DNA of 60,124 nucleotides, the filler included, from Hausera hauseri (lineage: Eukaryota): NCBI GenBank assembly GCA_046269625.1. It is 11 parts of 11 records of this genome, joined end to end, with 100 filler letters (N's around TTAATTAATTAA, not from the genome) between each part and the next. Parts side by side here need not be neighbours in the genome. Positions count along the whole stretch, not along the records: positions 4,600 to 14,016 come from JBJURY010383257.1; positions 14,117 to 18,893 come from JBJURY010439249.1; positions 18,994 to 23,104 come from JBJURY010754097.1; positions 23,205 to 27,993 come from JBJURY010435472.1; 7 more parts are not named here. One strand, 5' to 3'. The position numbers and the translations under genes were made by a program. Positions within the stretch are counted from its first letter, which is position 1. Each line of letters begins with the position of its first letter. Shown in pieces: positions 13,145-24,208 of the stretch. The notes beneath the pieces were generated by a model. The model was not told the origin of the DNA. It worked only from the letters and a program-made list of their open reading frames with translations, and made no database searches.

Positions 13145-13925
13145 ATTCAGCAGTCCGAATTGGTGGTGACTTTATAACGACCAGCAACATCCACACCGAT
13201 TTTGTATGATGTGAAACTTCCTTCACGAGAAAAATCGAGCCATTCAGGATGGCCACATTTGTCACTTGTGAAATTCATATAACCTTCTCCACCGAGACTA
13301 TGGATTATCAGTCGTATCATTTTATGTAAATCTGTTCCCCGGTCGATTACAAGATTTTGTTTGCATATCGTGCTCATACGCGTGTACGTCTTTATCAATC
13401 AACCAGAATGCCTAAGGGAGTGCCTGATCATGTGATTCGACATAAGCAATATTCGTTTTGCCATAGCGACGATTAACGATGACAATTGCAATATTTCGAT
13501 AATCGAACCCGGTACCTCCTTCCGTAATGGGTCTACACAAAGTCGGCATATCGGATACTTCTTCACAAATCGTGATAATAAACGGATATTTCGTTTTCAG
13601 ATAGTAATTGGCCAACATTAAATATGTCAACGATTCCGTGTCAACGCCAAAACCGAAATATTCATCGTACGTGCCAGAAAAATTACGAATTAGCCCATGA
13701 CTATTATGTAGCATTGACATTACCCCGTCGAATTGAAATCCATCAGACTGATATTCTTCAATACACCAACGTAAATTGCGCAAAAGAAATCGTAGAATTT
13801 CGAGTTCGGTATAATTGAACAAACGAGAATCCTTTAACTTATGTTTACCTCGTTCATTGTCGTAAAAAACAACCATTAGTACCGTCGAATTGATTCAAAC
13901 CGTCTGATACGTTTTTACACGTGTA
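13145..13925 (-). pseudogene. GBE1: 1,4-alpha-glucan branching enzyme fragment, copy B
   Basis: [92 protein letters not shown] and [18 protein letters not shown]. Confidence 0.95.
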
Positions 13926-14116
13926 AGGTTCCACGTTACAAAAAAATAAAATAAATAAAATCAGTAAAATTAATTAAATAACCACAAAAATTCAAAAGAC
14001 AGAAAAAAATAGCAAANNNNNNNNNNNNNNNNNNNNNNNNNNNNNNNNNNNNNNNNNNNNTTAATTAATTAANNNNNNNNNNNNNNNNNNNNNNNNNNNN
14101 NNNNNNNNNNNNNNNN

Positions 14117-14280
14117 CTCTCTGATTCGTCCTCTAATCCCATTGGCTTACTTCCTTCCCCCCGATGACGTGTCCTCTTCCCATTCGACAGTTTTCATTCT
14201 CCGCGATGACGTGTTCGCCTCCTATTGGCTTCCTTTCTTCCCTGGGGGGGGGTGGGGCGAACTCCTCCCTTCCTACTACT
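14117..14280. promoter_or_regulatory. GC-richer enhancer/LTR-U3-like segment with duplicated GATGACGTGT (CRE/ATF-like) and ATTGG (CCAAT) motifs
   Basis: Two GATGACGTGT and two ATTGGCTT copies within about 100 bp. It lies downstream (minus strand) of an integrase remnant and a purine tract. Confidence 0.4.
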
Positions 14281-14339
14281 AAGGAAATTAACAATCCAAA
14301 ATTCAATTTTCTGTAGTGACTTCCATGATCTGCCTAACG

Positions 14340-14974
14340 TTCCTGCAGCACTGATTACCAACATATATCCCAAATAATTCTGGTGACATTTTCTACCAAC
14401 CCGTTAGATTGCTTTTGGAACGGACTGCTGAATATTTGTTTAATTCCATATTCTTTGCAAAACTTTCAAATTTGGCTTCCCCAAAAACACTTTACGTTGT
14501 CGGTCAAGATTGATTTCGGTTTTCCAAATATGTAAATCCATATCACCAACATGTACTCGATTACTTTTTATTCCTTCTGCGTCCTTATTTCTGTTAAACT
14601 CACCGGTTTTGAACACTGATCAATAATAACCAACATATGCGGATAGATGCTATCTTTGTCTCCGACATACACAATATCCATTACCAGTTGGTCCGGAAAA
14701 TTATCACTCTTAGTAGGAATGAACTTTTCGTCTTTTCGGTTGGATTTTTCCGACATAAGCATACTTTACATTTTCCGATGACAACTACTTTTGACAAACC
14801 CGAAACTGCGAAGTGATTTTGAATATATTGTTTTGTTTTCATATCTAAATGGCATAGATCCACATGTTTCTTCCGGACGAAATATTTCCGCATATTTTTT
14901 GAAATTACTGGTAGTCTGTAGCTCTGATCTTTATGTATTAAAAGGCTGCCTGTAATTTCCAATTTGTCGATCAT
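14340..14974 (-). pseudogene. Ty3/gypsy integrase remnant (second family)
   Basis: KHVDLCHL..KCKVC zinc site, LVMDIVYV..HMLVIIDQCSK, KPKSILTDN and SSPFQKQSNGLVE. Confidence 0.85.
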
Positions 14975-16329
14975 ATTGAGAATCTCTTTCGAGAATTGTA
15001 CTTTTCCACCGTTGAACCGTCTTTAGTGAACTTATTTGGACCAAAAGCCGTTAATAGGCACCATAAACATACCATACAATAACTGAATGAAACGACTAGC
15101 CAAACAATAACGCAAAAAATAATGGGCTAAACGTTTATTGATAAGATTAATCTCGTCAACAGAATTTTCCATCTCCGTGGTAGAAGATGGGATCGACTTT
15201 AACCTCCTACGTCTACGGAAAACCGTCGGATTGTCTCTCGCTAGTCCTAGATGTCGCTGCATTCCTGTTCGATGACGGGGTATCACTTGATTGTTCGACG
15301 GGCTCAGTGTTTCAAACAACCGATCTACAGCTGCCATCAACCTGATGAACACCGATATGAAACCCGACGAGTCAAAAATTCGCCTACGCTCGCCTCCCGA
15401 ATAGAATTTGTTGAGGAGTGTCATTAGTAAAGCGTGTGGATCATGGGAGACTTCCAGCGCCATTCGGAAATCCGAATAGGATCGCCCGGGAACCGGTTGT
15501 CGGTGTATCACTGGACTCCGTCTTAGCGACTCGGCAGTCTGCCGACTTGCTGGAGCGTTGTTTCGTAAATCCAATCCCATCCCGGAATTGGTGCTCCATT
15601 TTGACTCCAGCGTGTCATACGTGATACCATCGGGAATTAGTGTCCCGGGACCAAAGTTGTCGTTCCTTCGCTCATGGGGTCATTGGAAATGACATTTGGG
15701 ATCCTCGCTGGGATAATTCGCTGGTATCGTTTGGTGATTCGTTTCCCAATCCCATCCTCACAGGACGCAAACTCCGATATCGCTTGGTGTTGCCGAGGTG
15801 TGCGAATTTTGAACGGGCGAGCATTATCACAATCTTAATGGTCTGGGTCTTGCGTATCAGATAAACGCCGTCGTCGTTTGAACTGAGAAAATCCACGATT
15901 GACTCTTGACTACTTATAAACTTGAATAGGACTCTTTTCGGTCCTGTGTGAATTCGGTTCTTTAGTATTGTCGCCCATAGGGGAGAGCATCGTGTTTCCT
16001 ACTTACACCGATCGTATTTCCTGTTTATTTCGCTTTCGAGAACTCGTTCTCCTGCATGAACACGTACCGTTTTTTTTTCGTTTCTAGTCGTCCCGTTCTG
16101 TGTGGCAGTAATCCCTGCCGTATCGGTTGATATAGTTCTCTTCTTCGTTGTCGGTGCCTCGCCTTCCTTTTTTCCATGAGTTGGTGTCATTCTTTCGGTC
16201 TTGGTGGATCTGATCTTCGTCTTGGTCATCGGTATCTAGCAAGGATTTCCTTTCTTGCCAGCGTAGGTACCATCCCTTCGAATTCAGTTGATTGAATCTT
16301 TCTTCGTTATATGTCTCTTCTCACTGGGA

Positions 16330-18893
16330 CTCACTGGAACCTGTATGAATTGGCATCGCTCTTTGTTGCTCTTTGTTCAAGTCAAAAGTTGTTTTTTAAT
16401 CTGATCACTGTTTTTTTTGGATATTTAAACAAAAGTTATGTTTAATTTTATTTTTTTGTTGTACGGTTTCGTGAAATTTGAGCTCGTGTTTGATTAGATT
16501 TCGTGAATTAATGTTTTCGTATAAATTAATATTTTTTGTATTAATTTGTAGTTTGTAATTTCCCGTGTTTGGCTAAATTTCATGAATTAATACATTAGTA
16601 TAAATTAACTCTTTTTGTATTAATTTGTAGTTTGTAATGTGTAGATTTCTAAAACAAAGCTTTGCAATACTCCCCCGCTGAAGTGCTGGGTGGGCGACAG
16701 GTGTAATTTCCTTTCGTGCCCATTAATTTGATGCATTTGAATTTGCGCTTCAGCGGTTTTGGGTAAGTATGATGCACTTCTAGTGCGACTCGATATTGGT
16801 ACGACAAGGGTTAGATTTCAGGTTATCGTACGTTCCGTTTCCAGAAGTATGGTTGTCGATGCGATTTTTCTTTCGGTATGGACCGGTGTTGGAAATGTTT
16901 ATGTTGAATGGATTCATCTTCTCGTAATTTTCCCGAAGCTTGTCTATTTCTGATATTACTGTGGTGCCTTGTTCGAATAATTCAACGGTATCTGAATAAT
17001 GATAGCCGAATGCTGGTTTTACGTTCGACAGGTGAACCATATGTTCAGCATTGTCGTGTAATATTTTGTCATTGTGCTCAGTGACTTCTGAGCTTGTAGG
17101 AACCCGTGTAGTATGGTTCCAACCCGTGCCACTGTTAGCTTTTGAGTCAGATAAATGTAGCTTCTTGTAGATTTTTCGTTACGAGTGGTTTTTTTGCGAT
17201 TGTTGTGGAATGCAAGATTCGTTTCGATTGATAGGAAATGATTCCGAGCTTGATTGAGAGAAGGGGTGGAAGTTATTTCCTCATTGCTCACCAGGTCTTT
17301 CGGGAATGTGAGATGGACAGCAAATAATAGTTGTACCAGAGAGGCATCGGTGCTAGTGTTTGGAGTATTTCTCCAACCCAATAGTACGACGGGTAGTGCA
17401 TCCAGCCAGTTTTTGTGGCATAGGATTTGTAAGGTTTATTTGAATGTGCGATGGAATCATTCAGTTAAACCATTCTCCTGTGGGTGGTATGACGAGGTGT
17501 GTATATGCTTTGAACCAAGCGATGCGGTCAATTGTTTAAACGTGGCTGATTCGAATTAGATATCTTGATCTGTTATAATATTTTTGGGTACTCCAAATCG
17601 AGAAATCCGTGTATTTAGTAATGCAGCCCCAACGCTTTACATTATAATTTGGCGAATTGGAATGACTTCGGGTCATCTCGTTTTCCTGCCCAAAATGGTT
17701 AAGATATACTGATATCTGTTGCATTCGGGAAGTGGTCCTACTATGTTCATGTGGATAGTTTCAAACTGTGAGCCAGTGGGGAAGTGCAGTATTGGTGGCT
17801 GTATGTTCTTTTTGACCTTGTACTGCTGTCAAAGTGAACATTCTTTGTCCAACGCTTTATATCGCTAAGTATGCAAGTCCAATACACTCTGGCGCCTAAT
17901 AAGGTAGCTATTGCATTGATTCAGAGTGGTGGATTTTGTGGATGGTATCGAACGCCTGTTTTCTCAGGTTTCCAAAAAGAATGGGAGTGGACAACCATTG
18001 AAGATGATATTGTAGTGTATTCCATCCTTTCTGTCGAATGTTTTCAAGAACATCATATCTTCTTCGTNNNNNNNNNNCTTCTTCGTGAGGGGGTTCGAGC
18101 AGAGAACCTATTCCGGAAAAATAGGGTCGAAGGATATGGTCGATATCTCCTTTCTGGAAAAGAAACAAGCGACTGTAGTGTTTTTTCCAGTTATGTGTTC
18201 TATCTGAAATGGGAATTCCGACAGAAATGAAATTTGTTGCTCTTGATAAGGTGATGGTTTTTTTCATACTCATCGTGTGAATGAGTGGTTTGTGATCCGT
18301 GCTGATTGTAAACGCATTTCCTTCGAGGAAATGTCTGAAATGTTTGACGCTGAGAATTATAGCTAGTAATTCTCGGTCGAAAATTGAGTATTGTTGCTCC
18401 GCTGAATTGAATTTGTGGGAAAAATTCAACGAGCATTTTTTCCATAATTTGTTGGGCGGGAATGGTGCCTGCAACGACAGTAGATGCGTTTGTCGTTAAA
18501 ATAAATGGTGCATCTTGTTTCGTGTAGTATAGGGTTGGAATATAAAGTATTGCCGTTTTTGCACTGGCAAATGCCTGCTGCGCCTTGTCTGTCCAATTTA
18601 TCTGGGATTTCTTAGGTCCCTCACTTAGAGCAGTTCCTAAAAAGTCTTTGAGTAAATCAGTACATCATCTAAGTATATGAAAACATCGTCAAACAGTAAG
18701 TCTTCGGATAGTGTATTCATCAATCGCTGAAAAGTTCCCCCGGCCGTTGAGAGGCCATATGGTACCCGATTGAAACAATATTGTTCTGATTTCGTGCAAA
18801 AGACTGTTTTCTCTAGGGAGTCTTCATCCAATGAAATTTGATGATATGCTTTAACGAGGTATATACTCGCGAAATTTCGTGAACCGCTTAACG
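16330..18893 (-). mobile_element. Ty3/gypsy pol remnant (RT-RNase H-integrase) with PPT (GGGGGAGTA, ~16669-16677) and AT-rich 3' LTR
   Basis: PYGLSTAGGTFQRLM..IYLDDVLIYS, YSIFDRELLAII..TDHKPL, TSSYHPQENGLTE and VHLSNVKP. The LTR boundary is approximate. Confidence 0.9.
16485..16638. repeat. Two imperfect tandem ~79-bp units in the probable 3' LTR of the adjacent gypsy element
   Basis: CGTGTTTG..GAATTAAT..GTATAAATTAA..TTTTTGTATTAATTTGTAGTTTGTAAT starts at 16485 and again at 16564. Confidence 0.85.
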
Positions 18894-20304
18894 NNNNNNN
18901 NNNNNNNNNNNNNNNNNNNNNNNNNNNNNNNNNNNNNTTAATTAATTAANNNNNNNNNNNNNNNNNNNNNNNNNNNNNNNNNNNNNNNNNNNNGAATTAG
19001 ATAGATATCAGTGGTTGGTGGTCATACCAGTGTATACTGTAGTGACATAAGTAGCATTTTATTTGTGTGACGTAATGTATTGAGTGACAAATGTTATGTA
19101 TAATCTACCCCTAAGGCAGAAATGTAAATAGGCAAGTCTGCCTATTTCTCAACTCTGGTTAAATAAAGATCTTATCATATCTTAGTTTAAGGGTTATCAT
19201 CTTCATAATTTATGGATATATATGCATAAATATTGAAGAACTCACCTTATGTTTCATGACTGTAGTGCTTTCAACTATGCTACAATCTTCGCCACCATGT
19301 AGACCATTCACTAGTTCTTTGTCTGAGAAGACCTGGGATGAAGACGGCTGATAGTCTCTTGGTAGGGAACGGCTAATGGATCAAAAATTATAAAATATCT
19401 GTCAGTAAGAATGAGAAGTAATTATGTATGTTTACAGTTGTCAGTGGCACCACTAAGGATAGTGTTGCCTAATGTGGTAACCCATGTTGTCATCCTCAGG
19501 ACCTCCAAGGTTCAGGGATACACATTATATGGGACTGGTGCCATAAGCGATTTTAGAGCCAAACAATTTAACTATAACCTTAATAATTATTATCATAAAA
19601 AGATGACTGAAAGATCAGAGAAGCTGTTTTAAAGAAACTTTTTTCCATGTGACAAAATTCCTTTCAGAGATACTAGTTACACTAGAGCAGTGTTATGGGT
19701 TATATGTCCCACAGGGGGTGGGAATGGTGAATTTGAATATTTTGAAGGACAGTGATGCAAATGCAGATGATGTCACATTTCTAACCTCATAACAAAAATT
19801 GTAAAAAATAAAAAAAAAAAACAAAAGCAGTGCTGCCAGTAATTTTCAATAATGCAACTTTGTGACCAAAACAAAGGGAAAACAACAACCAAGCTGTACT
19901 GAAAAGTACAAAGTGTCTGGTTGGTTTGAAAGAATGGCTTGGAAGTAGGTCAACAGCAGAGATGATTTGGGGACACCAGGAATCGCGAGAAATGGAGATC
20001 CATGACAGCAGGAAGTACAGACCACGCCTTCAAACACCGGAGAAGGACCTAAAGGTATGCTTGTCAATTATCCAATCTCGGACAAGGGACATCATGAGGC
20101 ATCACCTGCTGCAAGTTTACCATATATTGTTGAGGCAAACAAATTTTAATATGTACTCATATTTATATTTTTCCAATCCATTTTTTTACTTTTACTACTC
20201 TCAATCTTATGTCTATAAAATTTCTAGGTTATACGGTGTGTGGGGACATTTTTACTGTTTGTTTAGTGTGTAAAAATGAGGTTTGAAATCCGCTGAAATA
20301 TCAC

Positions 20305-20470
20305 ACAATTGACACTGAAAACAAAATCGCAGATCTATAAGACTTATATGCTCACCATCCTGGTATATGGATGGATCAGATACATGGATGACATATACCA
20401 GATATGAAAAAAGTCTTAACTATTCTTACATTTGCGCTGCCTTCGCAATATATTGATTGCATCAATGGGT
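20305..20470 (+). mobile_element. Short 3' fragment of an RTE/L2-like LINE
   Basis: LTLKTKSQIYKTYMLTILVYG..DTW..HLRCLRNIL resembles the post-RT TK..VY...V..TLLYG.ETW..FH.RCLR.IL motif. Confidence 0.65.
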
Positions 20471-22184
20471 AGAAAAAGTACACATTTTAATTGAGTGTGC
20501 GCGTGTGCGTGTATATTTGTGCATCATTTTGCCACTAAAGGTTGTTCACGGAAATGTCCTCAGTAAAGTGGTTGTTTCTAGCATATTGTTCCAGTAAACG
20601 TCCCGTAAAACAATAGTCACTATAGTAATAGGTTAGGAACTTGTTCTCTTCACATCCAGGATCAACGTTCTCCTTATTAGTATATCCCACACAACTGGCC
20701 CAACACCAGTTCTGGCCCTAGTGTGTTTGATAGTGGGGACAAGGAGTATATCTGTATCACCGATTTGGTTTGCATGAAAAGTCCTGTGAGTGTATCATTG
20801 ATTAATGAAGTAGAAGCACTCGAAATTTTTGTCGCCTGAATCCTTTGCTATATTCCTCGCCGTGTAGTGAGATTTGAAGTCTGCGTCCTTTGTCCTGTAC
20901 ATTAACAATTCCCTGGCAGTTGCAGTAACGACCCCTGCCCAAGAAAATTCTAATAAGAATCTACCCAAAACGCGGTTTAATATCTTTCAGACTGCAGGAT
21001 AACGGAAGACTTACAGATCTATATCCGTGTGGAAAGATGTTAACCTTTGGAGTAAACTAAATTAAGATTTTGTAAATGGTGACATCCGAACTATAAAGTA
21101 GTACTTTATTGTATTTGTTTAATGTTTTGAGTATATAATGAATGTATTACTGTATCAAATTCTTTGCTGTTGCTCATTGAATGTAGAGATATCTGTGTTA
21201 TGCGTCATTGTACTTATATTTGTTGAAAGTGCGTGCGTGCGCGTGTGCATGCATGTGCGTCTTTCTGCTTATTTTTCTCTATTGTTGAGTGTTATATGTT
21301 AGCGTTGGTAAGTAAAAGTCTGTTATAAAGATATGACGCTAAGTCTGAAAGCCTGTGTTATTATAATTTGTTTTAAATTATGGGGTGGATGTAAGCTTCT
21401 TTATTCTATAGTCATTCTTTGGAAGCATACTTTGTTTGTTTAATGTTGCCCAAGGAGGCCTAGACAGCGGAAATGACCGTCAGAGCCACGGGGCTCCTTG
21501 AGCATTATGAGAGAAACATTAACGCAAGCAAGATGTTAAGGCCTTCGCCATGTAAACGGCCCCGTGGGCAACAAGCTACCAGCACTACCCAAATGCGTGC
21601 GAGTGTTCGTGACTTGTGTGGAACAGAAACCAAACACATTTCTGTAATCCAAAACTCATTAAAAGTAACAAAATCAGCCACAGATTCACTAAATACAAAA
21701 TCAACATTTTTTGTTTAATTGCAATTTATGCGTTACACTTTATGCGAAGTTTCTATTCTATCTAAATTGCTGTAAAAACACATGCTGTTTTAAGTAACGC
21801 AAGACAATTTCCTTAATTTGCAAAAAAAAAAAAAAAAAAGAATTCTGATCTTCTATTTATGCTTTGAAATGACAGTCTATTCTCTTTGCGCTCTTTACGG
21901 TCCAAAACGACTGTGCCAATCAATTATCTGTTATAAACATGTTGTCTTCCTTAAATAAATTGCTTTGGCATGTATATAATTACTTGCATTCGAATTCTTC
22001 TGTGCATGGATGCTGATAACATCATCTTTTAAAAATCCATTCCGGTATTTTATTTTCTTTTATGTTATTCACTTAGTTAACCATTCTTGTTTTCTTGCAT
22101 AAATACCATCTGTATGTAAATTATGTCCCCTACATTGTCGTTTCGTGCGTAACAACTTCTCGTCTCCCATTTAAACCGTTTTGA

Positions 22185-22347
22185 ATGCCGTCAGACAGGA
22201 TGTCCGAGGGTGCCACAGTGAACTTCAACAACCGAGCTACCTACCGTGTGGTGTTACTCGGGGATCAGGGTGTCGGTAAATCCAGCATTGCTCTGAGGTT
22301 TCTAAGAGACGAGTATCATGACCACCAGCCACCGATTTACCTTGGAG
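22185..22347 (+). CDS. First coding exon of a Rab-family small GTPase (Rab5/22-like)
   Basis: YRVVLLGDQGVGKSSIALRF P-loop. The exon ends GGA G|GTAAAT, a phase-1 donor near the effector-loop LG. Confidence 0.75.
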
Positions 22348-22429
22348 GTAAATGTTTTATTCTCAAATCGGAATTGCAGGTCGATAGTTTAAATAAATGT
22401 ATGTAGAAAATAACTTTGATATTTGTGAA

Positions 22430-23104
22430 CGGGTGCTGAAAACCACCCTATGTCATAAACATGGGGATGTATGCAGACCTCTTCGTCATATGGTGTATAG
22501 AAGAATATGCAACAACTGCCATCAAGAGGCTCCAGAAAGCAGCAGATGCAGTGACCTCATGGACAGAGATATGGGGCGTCTATATCAACACGGAAAAGTC
22601 ATCAACGACATCATTCACACTTTCACCTAAACAGAAAGCAGGAGCCATCCAAGTAAATAGAATAGCCTTAATACAGGACAGCCAGCCAACTTACCAAGGA
22701 GTCACATTCGACACCAGACTTACGCAGAAGCACCATATCAGCAGAGCAGAAACAAAGGCAAGAAGGGAGCTAGCCATCCTGAAGAAACTGAGTACTATTT
22801 GGGAAACAAATGATAGAATCCTGAAGAATAATTATTAGCAGGGTGTTCGACCTCACTTGGAATATGGTTCATCAGCATGGTGGGCAGCATCAAACACAAC
22901 GTTATACACTTTGGACAAGGTGCAAAACCAAGCACTCCGAATTATCACAGGTGCAATGAAATCTACACCTGTAACAAAAACGGGAAAAAAATGGTATAAT
23001 GCCATTAAAAGAACGAAGAGATATAAAGGTAATGATTCAAGGAGAAAAATACAAGAACATGATGAACTATCCAATGAAAGAAAAAGTCCACGATATCACA
23101 GTGA
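22430..23104 (+). mobile_element. 5'-truncated, degraded Ingi-like LINE in the Rab intron (relative of the 50014-54067 element)
   Basis: MYAD-LFVIWC..ATTAIKRLQKA..INTEKS..PTYQGVTFDTRLT..AETKARRELAILKKLS..EYGSSAW..LDKVQNQALRIITGAMKSTP is nearly collinear with the RT C-terminus of the intact copy. Confidence 0.92.
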
Positions 23105-23518
23105 NNNNNNNNNNNNNNNNNNNNNNNNNNNNNNNNNNNNNNNNNNNNTTAATTAATTAANNNNNNNNNNNNNNNNNNNNNNNNNNNNNNNNNNNNNNNN
23201 NNNNAAATATACATATTATTATATTGACTAAATATATGTACGTATTTCCTTCTTTTGTAAATAATTTTTATTTCATGCTTAGTAGTATTGGTCAGTTGAA
23301 TAATTTAAAAACCATAAATACGGGTAGGTTATAATAATAATAATCATCGACTATAATCGAAATTGTACGAATTTGTTACGAATGACTTCACTAACATGGA
23401 GGTAATTTGTATTATTGTGATATGAGACAATACTCACAAAGAAAATGTCTATTGTTTACAATGCAAACAAACCTTTGATATTGATGCAACTTCATTTCAC
23501 GTTTATCTTATTTAAAAA

Positions 23519-23983
23519 ATGTCTTTGGAAAACAATTCAGCATGTGACAGGCTCTCAGAAAAGTCATGTTACAGCGAATATTCGCTCAGAAATTTCCGGC
23601 TGTATAACGGATACAACTTAAATTATTTGCATAACGCTGTTCAATTTCCATTGACGCAAACAGTCAAAATCAAACCAGTGAAATATGGTCTATTGGTGAA
23701 AAAGATCAGAGACAATGATTTGGATGCAATGGAATACATAATTAGAGTGGTTGACAGTGATTTGGAGTTGAGTCACAATATCCGAGAAACATCGTTGATT
23801 TTTCTCAACGGAAATATGGCCAAAATTGTCAGTGCACATGGCAGAGAAACATCAGTAGCAGCAAAAGCCGTTTTGCCACCGAAAGGAGCTAAAGGCCATC
23901 TAACATTGAAGTTGAAAGGATACAAGGATCTGCACGACGTTAAATCACCAACATGGAAGCTTAGAAAGCTTACGCTGATTTGA
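23519..23983 (+). CDS. 154-aa Polinton-associated ORF; possible OB-fold single-stranded DNA-binding protein
   Basis: Intact ORF convergent with PolB. The C-terminus LPPKGAKGHLTLKLKGY..PTWKLRKLTL resembles the end of T7 gp2.5-like viral SSBs. Back-to-back AATAAA/TTTATT at 24018-24030. Confidence 0.5.
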   Translation: MSLENNSACDRLSEKSCYSEYSLRNFRLYNGYNLNYLHNAVQFPLTQTVKIKPVKYGLLVKKIRDNDLDAMEYIIRVVDSDLELSHNIRETSLIFLNGNMAKIVSAHGRETSVAAKAVLPPKGAKGHLTLKLKGYKDLHDVKSPTWKLRKLTLI

Positions 23984-24208
23984 CTTATTTTGTTTTTGAT
24001 TTTAGCTTATGATGATTAATAAACTTTATTGATTTTGTTTCTTTTTTATATTGTTTCTCGTCACATGAAGTTAAATAGATAAATTAAATTATAATAAAAC
24101 AAAAGGCAAAAACAACGAATAATATACATTATTTATACAAAACAAACAGATCACAGTGTATTGTCACAGGAATTTAATCTGTCTGAACCGAATTTATGCG
24201 TGTGTGTT

